NCBI RefSeq assembly: GCF_963921235.1
Contig: NC_086097.1
Location: 231,200,001 to 231,264,000 of the forward strand
From: Mobula hypostoma
Lineage: Eukaryota
Length of the DNA stretch: 64,000 nt
Direction of reading: 5' to 3'
Part shown: positions 37,678 through 50,653 of the stretch, in pieces
Position numbering within the stretch: the stretch's first letter is position 1
How the letters are laid out: each line of letters starts with the position of its first letter
The notes under the pieces: generated by a model
What the model was told of the DNA's origin: nothing
The model's input: the letters and a program-made list of their open reading frames with translations, nothing else
The model's database searches: none
Program-made: the position numbers and the translations under genes

Positions 37678-40600
37678 TGTGGCGACCCACTTTCTGGCAC
37701 ACACGAACCAGCTCACAACAGCGCGCGCAGGCAGAGGGCTGGCCCCAAAAAGGGCGCCAGGCCATCTTCACCAGCAGGGGGAAAATCCCGCGCGCAGAAA
37801 GGGTCTGGGAATATGCATTCCCCACAGCAATCCCGTCCAGGGAGGGCGGGAACGGGAAGGCTTTAAAGCGGGCCGCGAAGTTTGAATAAATCTCTTTCAT
37901 TGCAACTCTAACTCACCGACTCCGTGTGGTTATTCTAGCGCTGTGTGTAGCACACCGCTACAATTGGTGACCCCGACAGCCCAAACGATATTTGGACCAG
38001 AGATGACCGACGCTGCATCTGTTCACGCAGTTTTGTTAAAACTGCCAAGCTTCTGGACGCTGCGACCCCAATTATGGTTCGAACAAGCAGAAGCACAATT
38101 CCACATTCGGCAGATAACCTCGGAGTCCACTCGCTACTACTACGTGCTGAGCTCCCTCGACCAGGAGACTGCTGCACAAGTTGAGGAGTTTATACAGTCG
38201 CCCCCGGAGGACGGCAAATACACAGCATTCAAAGCCCTGCTCATAAGGACTTTCGGACTCTCACGGCGCGAACGAGCACGCCGCTTAATGCACCTGGACG
38301 GTTTGGGAGACAGGCCACCATCAGCATTAATAAACGAGATGCTGGCCCTGGCTGAAGGACACAAACCCTGCCTCATGTTTGAGCAGGCGTTCCTAGAGCA
38401 ACTGCCCGAGGACATATGCCTGCTGCTGTCCGACGCAGATTTCAGCAACCCCCGGGAGGTGGCGGCCCGAGCAGATGTGCTGTGGAATGCCAGGAAAGAG
38501 AGAGGGGCGTCCGTCGCACAGATCACCAAGCCGCGTGCCCAACGACAGACCAGACCAGGCCCGGCAGCAGAGCCTACAAAACCCGGCGACGGGAGTGAGG
38601 AGCCCAACGAACAATGGTGTTTCTACCACCAGCGGTGGGGCACGGAGGCTCGCCGCTGCAGACCGCCCTGCAAATTCCCGGGAAACGCCAAGGCCCAGCC
38701 GCTGCCGATCGCTACGGCGGCTGGCCATCAAGACAGCCTCCTGTATGTCTGGGACAAGCAGTCAGGACGCTGCTTTTTGGTCGACACCCGAGCGGAGATC
38801 AGCATCTTACCTCCAACGAGTTACGACACCCGCAACAGAGAACTGGGACCCACGCTGAGGGCCGCAAATGGCAGCACAATACGAACCTACGGCACCTGCA
38901 CGGTGCGGCTACAGTTCAGCTCCAGCCGGTTCACGTGGGACTTCACACTGGCCGCCGTGGCCCAACCACTGCTGGGGGCAGATTTTCTACGAGCCCACAG
39001 CCTGCTGGTCGACCTGCAAGGGAAGCGATTAGTCCACGCCAAGACTTTTCAAACGTTCTCCCTGGGTGAAGCACAGTTGCTAGCCCCACACCTGGACTCC
39101 ATCACGCTGTCCGATGATGAATTCACCAGGGTCCTGGCGGATTTCCCATCAGTACTGACACCGCAGTTCACAGCAGCCATGCCCAGACACGGAGTACAGC
39201 ACCACATCCCAACCCAGGGACCACCCCTCCACGCCCTTGCTCGAAGGCTTCCCCGGGACAAGCTCCGACCGGCGAAGGAGGAGTTCAAGAAGATGGAGGA
39301 ATTAGGGATCATACGACGGTCCGACAGCCCATGGGCCTCCCCCCTTCACATGGTGCCCAAGGCAACGGGGGGCTGGAGACCATGCGGTGACTACCGCAGA
39401 CTGAACGAGGCTACAACGCCAGACCGCTACCCTGTGCCGCACATTCAAGACTTCGCAGCAAACCTACACGGCGCAAGGATCTTTTCCAAGGTAGACCTCG
39501 TCCGGGGATACCATCAAATCCCTGTACATCCGGACGACATCCCCAAAACAGCACTTATCACCCCGTTCGGACTTTTCGAATTCCTCCGAATGCCGTTTGG
39601 TCTAAAGAATGCCGCACAGACTTTCCAGCGGCTAATGGACGCAGTAGGACGCGACCTGGACTTTGCATTCATCTATTTGGACGACATCCTCATAGCCAGC
39701 AGTAGTCGGCAGGAGCATCTGTCCCACCTCCGCCAGCTCTACTCCCGCCTGAGCGAATTCGGCCTTACAATCAATCCAGCCAAATGCCAGTTTGGACTCG
39801 ACACCATCGACTTCCTGGGCCACAGGGTTACTAAAGACGGGGCAACCCCGCTGCCCGCCAAGGTAGACACGGTCCGCCACTTCCCCCGACCCAACACAAT
39901 CAAAGGCTTGCAGGAATTCGTGGGTATGGTGAATTTTTACCACCGTTTCCTCCCCTCAGCAGCCTGAACCATGCGCCCCCTGTTCATCCTGATGTCGGGT
40001 AAGGGCAAGGACATTACCCGGGACGAAGAGGCCGCAACCGCTTTTGTTAAAACCAAAGAAGCCTTAGCAAACGCCGCGATGCTAGTGCACCCCAGAACGG
40101 ACGATCCTACTGCCCTCACGGTGGACGCATCCAACACAGCGGTCGGTGGAGTGCTGGAACAACTCATCGAGGGTCGCTGGCAACCCCTGGCGTTCTTCAG
40201 CAAACACCTATGACCACCTGAACTCAAATACAGTGCTATCGACCGGGATATTGGCACTATACCTGGCAATCCAGCATTTCAGGTACTTCTTAGAAGGTAG
40301 GCCCTTCACCGCATTCACAGACCACAAACCGCTTACCTTTGCGTTCACTAAGGTGTCCGACCCCTGGTCGTCCCGCCAGCAGCGACATCTGTGCTACATC
40401 TCCGAGTACACGAAGGACATCCGGCATGTCTCTGGAAAGAACAACGTCGTGGCGGACGCACTTTCCAGACCTACCATACAGGTCCTGTCCCAGGGGGTGG
40501 ACTATGCAGCGCTGGCAGAGGCACAGCAGGCAGACGCTGAGATCCCCAGTTACAGGACTGCAGTCTCCGGTTTACAGCTCCAAGACCTCCCCGTAGGCCC

Positions 40601-42052
40601 AGGTGAGAGGACCCTACTATGTGACGTAGCTACCGGCCAACCCCGCGCCGTCGTCCCAGCAGCCTGGCGCCGGCGGGTGTTCGAATCCATTCACAACTTA
40701 GCGCACCCCTCCATCAGGACAACCGTCTGGCTGGTCGCCAACAGGTTCGTGTGGCATGGACTTCGTAAGCAGGTCAGTGAATGGGCCAAAACGTGCATGC
40801 AGTGCCAAACGGCCAAGGTGCAGTGGCACACCAAGGCTCCGCCGCAGCGGTTCGAACCCACCCGCCGGAGGTTCGACCACATCCATGTGGATATCGTGGG
40901 GCCCCTGCCAGTGTCGCGAGGAGCGCGGTACCTCCTAACGATGATAGACCGCTTCACCAGATGGCCAGAGGCAGTCCCGCTCACCGACACCACCTCCGAA
41001 TCCTGTGCCCGAGCACTGATCGCAACCTGGGTAGCACGCTTTGGGGTACCGGCCCACATTACCTCCGACAGGGGCACCCAGTTCACCTCCAGCCTGTGGT
41101 CGGCTATGGCCAGCCTTTTAGGAACACAGCTACACCACACAACTGCCTACCACCCACAGTCGAACGGACTAGTGGAGCGCTTCCACCGTCACCTGAAATC
41201 AGCTCTCATGGCCCGCCTGGAGGGGCCTAACTGGGTGGACGAACTTCCCTGGGTCCTGCTCGGAATCCGCACGGCGCCCAAGGAGGATCTACACACCTCG
41301 TCAGCCGAGTTGGTGTACGGCGCGCCCCTGGTCATCCCAGGAGAGTTCATACCAGCCCCATGGGGGCAACAGGAAGAACCCACAGCAGTCCTGGACAGAC
41401 AATGGGAGAGGCTCGGTAACCTGGCCCCCATCCCCACTTCACAGCACGGACAGAGCCCGACCTGCGTACCCAAAGACCTTCAGAACTGTAAGTTTCTTTT
41501 TGTACAACGTGGCGGACACCGGGCACCGCTACAGCGGCCCTACGAGGGACCGTTTAAGGTGATCAGGAACAACGGGTCCACGTTCGTGCTGGACACTGGG
41601 GGGAGAGAGGAGGTATTCACGGTGGACCGACTCAAACCGGCCCATGTGGACTTGGCGCAGCTGGTCCAGGCTCAGGCACCACGGCGCAGGGGCAGACCTC
41701 CCAAACAGAGGCCGATCCAGACTGTGGACATTGGGGGAGGTATCGCCGGTTCTGGGGGGGGGGGTTATGTGGCGACCCACTTTCTGGCACACACGAACCG
41801 GCTCACAACAGCGCGCGCAGGCAGAGGGCCGGCCCCAAAAAGGGCGCCAGGCCATCTTCACCAGCAGGGGGAAAATCCCACGCGCAGAAAGGGTCTGGGA
41901 ATATGCATTCCCCACAGCAGACCCGCCCAGGGAGGGCGGGAACGGGAAGGCTTTAAAGCGGGCCGCGAAGTTTGAATAAATCTCTTTCATCGCAACTCTA
42001 ACTCACCGACTCCGTGTGGTTATTCCAGCGCTGTGTGTAGCACACCGCTACA
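37678..42052 (+). mobile_element. Near-intact Ty3/Gypsy LTR retrotransposon (CsRn1/Kabuki-like)
   Basis: 285-bp LTRs 37678-37962 and 41768-42052 (TG...CA, about 8 mismatches by eye); TSD ACTT; PBS TGGTGACCCCGAC (tRNA-Trp) 37965-37977; G-run PPT 41754-41764. Confidence 0.97.
38003..41767 (+). pseudogene. Gypsy gag-pol (gag, protease, RT, RNase H, integrase) with two premature stops and a frameshift
   Basis: Gag KLPSFW...CFYHQRWG...CRPPC; protease [19 protein letters not shown] and YLDD; RNase H TVDAS and TDHKPL; integrase HNLAH..CMQC, ITSDRGTQF, NGLVERFH, PYEGPF; TGA at 39965 and 40211. Confidence 0.95.
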
Positions 42053-43269
42053 ACTTCTTATTTTTAGGGCAAGGGGCTCTACCGCGACGGCAAAAAGGGC
42101 CGGCGAGAGAGGGCACCCCTGCTGGACTGAACGGTGTAGGGGAAACAGAGTTGAATTGTCACCATTAGTTATAATAGAGCACATTGGGCTGGCGTATATC
42201 AGTTTTACACAAGATACAAATGACTCCCCGAACCCAAACCTGTACAGTGATTCAAACATGTAAGGCCACTCAATCTGGCCAAAAGCCTTTTGTGCATCAA
42301 GGGATAAAATTGCTGCCCCATTAGCTTTCCCATGATCAGCATATATAGTATTAAGGAGGCATCTGACACTGGAAAAAGAGAACCTACCCAGGACAAATCC
42401 CGTCTGATCAGGATGAATGATAGATGACAAATGCTTATTTAGTTGGTTAGCCAGCATTTTAGTAACTACCTTTCTATCAAAGTTCTGGAGTGCAATGGGC
42501 CTATAGCTGGCCGGGTCTGTTCCCTCTTTACCTTTCTTTAAAATGAGGGAAATGTTAGCCTCGTACAATGTCCTAGGCAAGGCTTTATCTCTCTCAGAGC
42601 AAGATATCATTCTGAGGAGAAGTGGGGCAAAGATATCACAGAATTTCTTATAAAATTCACAGCCAAATCCATCCGGCCCAGCAGCCTTGCCGGACGGAAA
42701 TGACTTAATGGCAGAAGTTATTTCTTCCAATGTGAAGTCAGATTCTAAATTCTCCCTAGCAGCGTCACTAAGTTTCAGCATTAGAAGAGAATCAAAGAAG
42801 TCATTCAAATCAGAATGAGTGGCCTTGCATTTAGAGGTGTACAGTTCACTGCAAAAATTCCTTAAAACAGTCACTTATCTCCTTGGGGCTAGTTAACAGG
42901 GTACCTGCCCTCGATCTAATGCAATGAATTGACCTTAGGGCCTGGGCGCCCCTGAGCTGCCGCGCCAGGAGCCCCTCAGGCTTGTCCCCCATTTCGAAAT
43001 GCTTTTGTCTTAATTTTAAGAGGAGGTTATTTATTTGACTACCCAAGATACTCATATTTAAGCTTCATTATTTTATTATAATCTTCAGAGGATTTCGAAG
43101 CCTGGTATGTCGTTTCAAGGGTTGGGAGAGTATTCTCAATCTCTAATAATTGCCCTTCTCTCTCCCTCTTAGCAGCGGATTCATATGAAATTATATACCA
43201 CGAATTACTACTTTTAATGTCTCCCAGAGTGTGGAATCTGACACTTCGCCGTTATCGTTAATTTCTATA

Positions 43270-44752
43270 CAGGTGTCCCCCGCTTTTCGAACATTCGCTT
43301 TACGAAACCTCACTGTTACGAAAGACCTACATTAGTACCCTGTTGTCGCTTTCAGAAGGTGTTTTCACTGTTACGAAAAAAAAATTCAGCGCGCGATAAA
43401 AGACAGCGTGCCCCGAGGAGCCGCTCTCCCCCGGATTCGGAACTGCTTTGCTTTAACACGTGCCTGTGAGCAGTCGTTTGCAAGATGAGTTCTATGGTAT
43501 TGGAAAAGCCTGAAAGAGCTCGTAAGAGTGTTCACTTACGGTAAAACTAGACATAATTCAGCGTTTTGATCATGGTGAACGAAGTAAGGACAACGTGAGT
43601 TTGACTTGTGGAAGCTGACAAGCATGATGTTGAAGAGGTTTTGGCATCCCATCACCAAGAACTGACAGATGAAGAGCTGATGCAATTGGAAGAAAAAAGG
43701 CTAACAATCGAAACCAAATGAGTAATGATAAAGTACGACTTTAATTCTGAAGGGTACGTCGGTTTAGGGGATATTTGCAGGATGGTTTGAGTCCTTATTA
43801 AAGAACTGTGTGATAGAAAACTGCACGAGGCTCAGCAGTCAAGCAAGCCTTCCACATCAGCCACAGCAGATGACGAACCTCGACCTTTGACATCGAGGCC
43901 GGCAGAGATAGAAGAAGATGAGCTGCTTGCTCTAATGGAAACAGGCAACGAGATGACACCCCAGTGTCCCACCACCCCAACACCCAGGCCGCGGATAGAT
44001 ACCAATTCGCGGAGAATGCAAAGCTAGCCGGGAGGCACACTGCACATCTTTAAGAAAAAAGCCGAAATAAAAATGTTAATTAATTAGGTGCCGCCGACAC
44101 GTAATTGTCGGCCCAGATCAGAAACGACGCAATCGGAAATTAGCATGCTTGTTTCGGCTTTTTTCTTAAAGATGTGCTGTGTACCTCCCGGCTACCGCTG
44201 GACCCCTGTGTTCTTCGCGGCAATGTATTGCTCAGCGGCCCGGAGGGTGAAGGCCACTGCACCACCCAAACTCCGACAACTCTAACACACCATCGTGTCC
44301 TCGGTGCCGCCTTCCCGATTCCCATAAGTGATACTACACTGTACATACATTATTTCTACGTTATATCGGCTGTGTATTTTTACATGTTATTTGGTATGAT
44401 TCGGCATCTTCACAGCTTAAAGGTTACTGGAGAGCACTTGCCTGAGATTTTCTGCCGACGGCGCTTGCGTGAGATTTTCGCTACGGAGAACAGTGCAGTA
44501 ATGATTGTGGAAAAGTATTTCTACTTTATATAGGCTGTGTATTTATCATATCATTCCTGCTTTTACTATGTGTTACTGTTATTTTAGGTTTTATGTGTTG
44601 TTTGGCATGATTTGGTAGGTTATTTTTGGGTCTGTGAACGCTCACAAAATTTTCCAATATAAATAATGGTAATTGCTTCTTTGCTTTACGACATTTCGGC
44701 TTACGAACCGTTTCATAGGAATGCTCTACCTTCGGATGGCGGGGGAAACCTG
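43270..44752 (+). mobile_element. Non-autonomous Tigger/pogo-like DNA transposon, copy 3 (inside L1 ORF2)
   Basis: TIRs CAGGTGTCCCCCGC / GCGGGGGAAACCTG, TA TSD. Confidence 0.9.
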
Positions 44753-45849
44753 TAAAATCTTTTAATCTTTTAATTCTATAGATTTCTTATCAGCAAGTAG
44801 GGAGGGGTTAAAACGCCAGGAATAGATTCGTTTGGAAAGGGAGAGATTTAGGGACATTGTCAAGGGACAATGGTCAGAAATTAATCTATTATGATGTTTT
44901 GTATTGGTAACACGAGATATTAAATGAGAATCAAACAAAAAATAGTCTAGTCTACTATAAGATTTGTGAACATGAGAATAATAAGAATAATCCTTGTCGG
45001 TGGGATGTTGAACTCGCCAAATATCTACTAAATTCCTAGATCTAATCAAATTATTTAGGACCTGTACTGACACGATATTTGAGGGCGGGCGGAAGGACAA
45101 TCTATCTAAATATGGGTCCAGATAGCAATTCAAGTCACCGCCGATTATTATATTTGAATTACTGGCATCCAGAAGTGAATCAAAAACTTTCTGAAAAAAA
45201 TTTGGCTCGTCTGTGTTTGGACCATAAATATTAAGGAAGGTTAGTGGAAATGAATTAATGGTGCCAGGGATCATAATAAACCTGCCGAGAGGATCTGTGG
45301 TCATGGAAATCAGTTGAAATGGAATATTTTTCCTAAAGAGGACAGCCACACCATGGTAATGAGAAGTAAATGGTGACTGGTAAACCTGTGATATCCAGCT
45401 AGACCTCAGTCTGCGTTGCTCAGTTACTTTGATATGGGTTTCCTGTAGAAAAAATCACATCTGCGGATAGAGATTTGAGATGTCTAAAAACTTTATCCCT
45501 CTTAACAACATGACCAAGGCCCCTAACATTGCATGAGACTATTATAATATCTTTACCCCCCAGCTGTGTTCTGCCGCAAGGCCTCTGCATATGAGAATAA
45601 AAAAGGGATTATTAGAGTTGAGCAGAAACATAGTAAACAATGCAAAATAACTAGCAGCCTCTTAAGAACACAACATACACAAAAAAAAAGCATGTCTGAG
45701 CTATAAACAAAAACACACACCCTAACCCATCCCCCTTTGTGTCTCCCTAAACCAGACACATAGTTCCCCATTTCCATCTCAAAAGGAGCTGCTGGGCAGG
45801 TCACTAACATTACACAATTATCACAAACCCTCTCTCCGAGAAAATAGAT

Positions 45850-46455
45850 TGTGAAGTCACGCAGTCCTCTTTTATTGTCATTTAGTAATGCATGCATTAA
45901 GAAATGATACAATATTTCCTCCGGTGTGGTATCACAAAACACAGGACAGACCAAGACTTTAAAAAACTAACAAAACCACATAATTATAACATATAGTTAC
46001 AACAGTGCAACAATACCATAACTTGATGAAGAACAGTCCATGAGCACAGTAAAAGTTCAACGTCTCTCAAAAGTCTCACATCCCACGCAGACAGGGGAAG
46101 GAAGAAAAACTCTCCCTGCCATGCCCAACCACAGTCCGACTCATCCGAAAACTTCGAGCCTCCGATCAGCTCTCCGACACCGAGTACCGAGCACCATCTC
46201 TATCCGAGCGATTCGACCTCAATCTCGGTCGTCAACAGCAGGCAAAGCTGGGGATTTTGAGGCCTTCCCTCCGGAAGATTCACAATCACGCAGTAACGAC
46301 AGCAGCAAATGGGCGTTTCAGAAATTTCTCCAGATGTTCCTCTGTGCTTTCACGTCTGTCTCCATCAAATCAGAATTGTCCATGGCCCCTATTTAACGGA
46401 TACGATATCATTTTTCACCGGAGGGCTGCGCTCGCGCTGCACTCTTTCCTCCCGC
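45850..46455 (-). mobile_element. Non-autonomous retroposon (family of 18535-19206) in the L1 inter-ORF spacer
   Basis: Reverse-complement similarity along its length to 18535-19206. Confidence 0.75.
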
Positions 46456-46788
46456 CGTCTTTTTATAACACAAATTATATACCGTTAAACAAATGCTATT
46501 AGGGCTGGGGAGAGTTACCCAGTGTCCGCACTGAAGCTGAACATTCATGACACCAACTCAAATTTAACCCTTATAATAACAAAAATATTTAGAACATTTT
46601 CTGCAATTAAATCCCAGTGCAGCATACAGCATTGCAAAACTACATATAACAAGCAAGTCCCTCCCCATATCCCAACATGGAAACCAGCACAAATATAGGC
46701 TGAATAAACAGTGTCAATATATATACTCCCTTTTTGGTGCATTATTCCTTTCCAAGAATTGTGCTGCTTCTATCGGGTCGTCATATAC

Positions 46789-47642
46789 TTAAGGCGCTCT
46801 TCCATCTTGATGATAAATATAGAGCCTAGCCAGATACCGCAGGTTGTGCTTGATTCCTCCATCAAGCAGAGTTTGCAGTACATCACGAAAGGCACGACGT
46901 TGAGTCATCACCTCATTAGTATAGTCCGGGAAGATCAAGACCTTGTTTCCTTGTACACCATGGGTTGTAGTCTGCTGCAACACAGGATCAGCTCTTTCAC
47001 TTGAAAGTGGTGGATACGTGCCAAGATGGTGCGCGGTCTCTCGCTGGCAGCCGGCTTTGGCAGGAGAGAGCGATGTGCACGATCGACTTTAACTGGGTAT
47101 GGGAAATGCTCTTCCCTGAGCAACTTGGGAATCGGTATGGAAACAAATTCAGTAGGTTTACCATCCTCCTCGCCCTCTTGTATCCCTACAATCTTAATAT
47201 TATGGCTCCGGGAACGAGCCTCTAAGTCATGCACTTTAGCTTCAAGCTGGCTATTTTGTCTCATTAGCTCTGAATACTTCACTTCAAGCTCCTGCACGCG
47301 TGTTTCAAGGTTACTGGTAGTTAGTTCTTGATTAGCCACACGGGCTTGTAAGTCAGCCTGGGAGGCCACAAGTGCCTCAAAGTTGGTCTCAAAAACATCA
47401 AAGCGGTCGTTAAGGCCGCGCAGAACTGACTCAGAAATCTCCTGACCTAATTCCTTGCACATGGCGTAAGTTTTATCCGGCAGTATCTCAGATGCGGAGA
47501 AGTGCTTTACTGACCCGTTGTTAGCACTAACTTTGGCAGTTTGGCAGTCGGTGGTCTTGGCTTTATTTGTCTTTGGCATTGTCAAACTTTTCCAGACATT
47601 TGGTTTAGACATACACTGTTGGCCTATGAATGAATAAAACAC
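46789..47642 (-). pseudogene. L1 ORF1p (coiled coil, RRM, CTD), frameshifted near the C-terminus
   Basis: DLEARSRSHNIKIVGIQEG, VDRAHRSL, RPRTILARI; IFPDYT in a shifted frame (46789-46983). Confidence 0.9.
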
Positions 47643-48454
47643 GGTATAATAGTAATTTTATCGAGGCCTTGGAAAGGAGCACTGACCAAACACGTCTAAT
47701 CTATGCGCACTAGTGCCCCTCCATCTGAAATGTTTTCTAAGAGAACAATAATATATATATTAAATCACTATCTTGAATATTGCTCTATATGCTCAGAAAC
47801 ATAAGTAGTGCACAGTCACACTATCCTTATTCCAAAACGGTGTTCATCAAATAGAACAGACAAATTACAAGAGATTTTTTTTATTACAGTGAATTCATGT
47901 CAATTGGGACATATCGGGACCGGTAATATTTTGCCCCAATTAGCCAAAGTTTCAGGGAAATTGTTAAAAAGCTATAAAAAAAAAGGCAAGTTACCATTTA
48001 ACAAATTAAATGCAGAACAAATTAGAACACTGCCAATACTACTGGTGGTTGTCCACCATATCTAACGATGACAGAAAACCCGCACAGGAGAGTTTTTAAA
48101 GTGGAAAAGCAGTTGCACTCTCTCAGCCATGGAAATAGCAGTCCAATGGGACGAGTAGACCTCTCAACTGGGGACTTCCCTGATTGCGGTGAATGACCAT
48201 GACTTCTTCACTGCCTCATAATACCCTTTGGTCTTCATGTAGCATTGCAGAACTGCCTTCCTGGCTATTGGATCTCCCTGGAGATCTCATCCTCCTAGTC
48301 CACCAGAGCTGACTTTGCAGGCTAGGACAGGCATGTTCCTATCTCACTGTGATATGCAAAGTGAACACTGATTGTCACAAATATTTAATTTTCCACTGAA
48401 AGATAAGAATCTAGAAATTCAAAACTCAGCTTTCAAGTTAAAGGTGAATAAAAT

Positions 48455-49905
48455 CATAAGACCATAAGACATAGGAGCAGAATTAGGCCATTTGGTCCAA
48501 AAGCTCTGGTCCACCATCCAATCATGGCACATACTTTTTTTTTCTCTCTTCAGCCCCACTCCCCTGCTTTCTCCCTGTAATCTTTGATGCCCCGCCCAAT
48601 CAAGAACCTATCAATCTCCACATTAAATACATGCAACGGCCTGGCCTCCACAGCTGTCTGTGGCAACAAATTCCACAAGTTCACTGCCCTCTGGCTGACG
48701 GAATTTCTCAGCTTCCCTGTTTTACATGGACGCCCCTTTATCCTGAGGCTGTGCCCTCTTGTCCTAGATTCACCCAACATGTGAAACATCCTTTCCACAT
48801 TGACTCTGTCTAAGCCTTTCAAAATTCAAATGGTTTCAATGAGATCCCACCTCATCCTTCTAAATTCTAGCGAGTACAGACCCAAAGCCATCAAATGTTC
48901 CTCATATGATAACCCTTTCATTCCCGGAATCATCCTTGTGAACCTCCTCTGAAACCTCCCCAATACCAGCACATCTTTTCTTCGATGAGAAGCCCAAAAA
49001 TGTTCACAATACACAAGGTGAAGCCTCACCAGTGTCAGCATTTCAACTCTGCTCTTGTATTCTAGACCTCTTGAAATGAATGCTAACTCTGCATCTGCCT
49101 TCCTCACCATCGACTCTATCTGCAAGTTAACCTTTAGGGTGTTCTGTACAAGGATTCCCAAGTCCCTTTGCATCTCAGATTTTTGGATTTTCTCCCCATT
49201 TAGAAAATAGTCTGCACATTTATTTCTTCAACCAATTTGCATGACCATGCATTTTCCAACACTGTATTTCATTTGCCACTTTCTTACCCATTCTCCTAAT
49301 CTGTCTAAGTCCTCTGCATCCTACCTATTTCCTCAACACTACCTGCCCCTCCACCAATCTTTGTACAATCTGCAAACTTGACAACAAGGCCATCTATTCC
49401 ATCATCTAAATCATTCATATACAGCATAAAAAGAAGTCCCAACACTGAATCCTGCGGAACACCACTAATCACCATTCATCAACCAGAAATGGCTCCCTTT
49501 ATTCCCACTTGCTGCCTTCTTCCAATCAGCCAATCTTCTATCCATGCTGTATCTCTCCTGACATATCATGGCCTCTTAACTTGTGCAGCACCTTGTTAAA
49601 GGCCTTTTGAAAATCCAAGTAATCAACATCCACTAATTCTCCTTTGTCTATGCTGTCTGTTATTTCCTCAAAGAATTCCAACAGATTTATCTGACAAGAT
49701 TTTCTGCTAAGGAATCCATGCTGACTTTGTCCTACCTTGTCCTGTGTCACCAGGTACTCCATAACTTCATCCTTAACAATTGACTCTAACATCTTCCCAA
49801 CCACTGAGGTCAGGCTATAATTTCTTCTCTGCTGCCTTCCTCCTTTCTTAACCAGCGGAGTGGCATTTGCAATTTTCCAGTCCTCTGGCACCATGCTGGA
49901 GTCCA
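48455..49905 (-). mobile_element. CR1 LINE 3' half, decayed
   Basis: VPEDWKIAN, QHGF, LDFQKAF, LVRLHLVYC, QRRFTRMIPG; CR1 terminal repeat at about 48455-48475. Confidence 0.9.
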
Positions 49906-50653
49906 ACAATTTTTGAAATCATTGGTGTAGGTCATTTTGAACCAATCCTATTGCGTTTTTTCAAGAAAGTTACTAGCAAAGTGAATGAAGACCTTAGTAA
50001 GGCATTTGACAAGGTCCCACATGGGAGGTTGAACAAGAAGCTACAATTGCTTAGCAGTAAATTGGATTAGACATCGGCTTTGTAGGAGAGATAGAGAGTG
50101 GTAGAAGATGGTTGCCTCTATGACTAGAGGGCTGTGACTAGTGGAGTGCCATTGGGATTGGTGCTGGGTCCTTTGTTGTTTGTCATCTACATCAACGATC
50201 TGGATGGTAATGTGGTTAACTGGATCAGCAAATTTGCAGATGACACAAAGAATGGGAGTTTAGTGGACAGCGAGGAAGGCTATCAAGTCTTGCAGTAGGA
50301 TCCAAACCAGCTGGAAAATGGCAAATGGAATGTAATGCGGACAGTGTGAGGTGTTGCACTTTGGTGGAACCAACCAGGTTAGGTCTTACACAGAGAATGG
50401 TAGGGTACTGAGGATTGTGGTAAAACAAAGCGATTTGGGAATACAGGTCCATAATTTGTTGAAAGTGGCGTCACAGATAGATAGGGTCGAAAAGAAAGCT
50501 TTTGGCACAATGTGTACGGTTTTGGTCACCCACCTACAGGAAAGATGTAAATAAGCTTGAAGGAGTGCAGAGAAAATTTACAGTGATATTGCCGGGTCTG
50601 GAGGACCTGAATTACATGGAAACCTTGAATATGTTAGGTTAGGAATAGGCTGA

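Larger units (their letters stand above)
35920..45590 (-). pseudogene. L1 ORF2p (APE endonuclease, RT, Cys-rich C-terminus), interrupted and frameshifted
   Basis: NVRGL, LQETH, NIYGPN, GGDLN, SRLDY, SDH (44762-45590); KAAGPDGF, YRPIAL, QGCPLSP (42020-42874); LYADD (37356-37670); CDRC...HTFWFC (35920-37254). Confidence 0.9.
35719..47721 (-). mobile_element. Full-length decayed L1 (LINE-1 clade) with three nested insertions
   Basis: TSD CATCTGAAATG(C/T)TTTCT at 35702-35718 and 47722-47738; AATAAA and A-tail near 35720-35740; ORF1, endonuclease, RT and C-terminal domains in order. Confidence 0.93.

Noticed and set aside
38140..41990. Many overlapping and antisense ORFs in the Gypsy element
   Set aside because: Expected by-products of GC-rich coding sequence; no domain motifs
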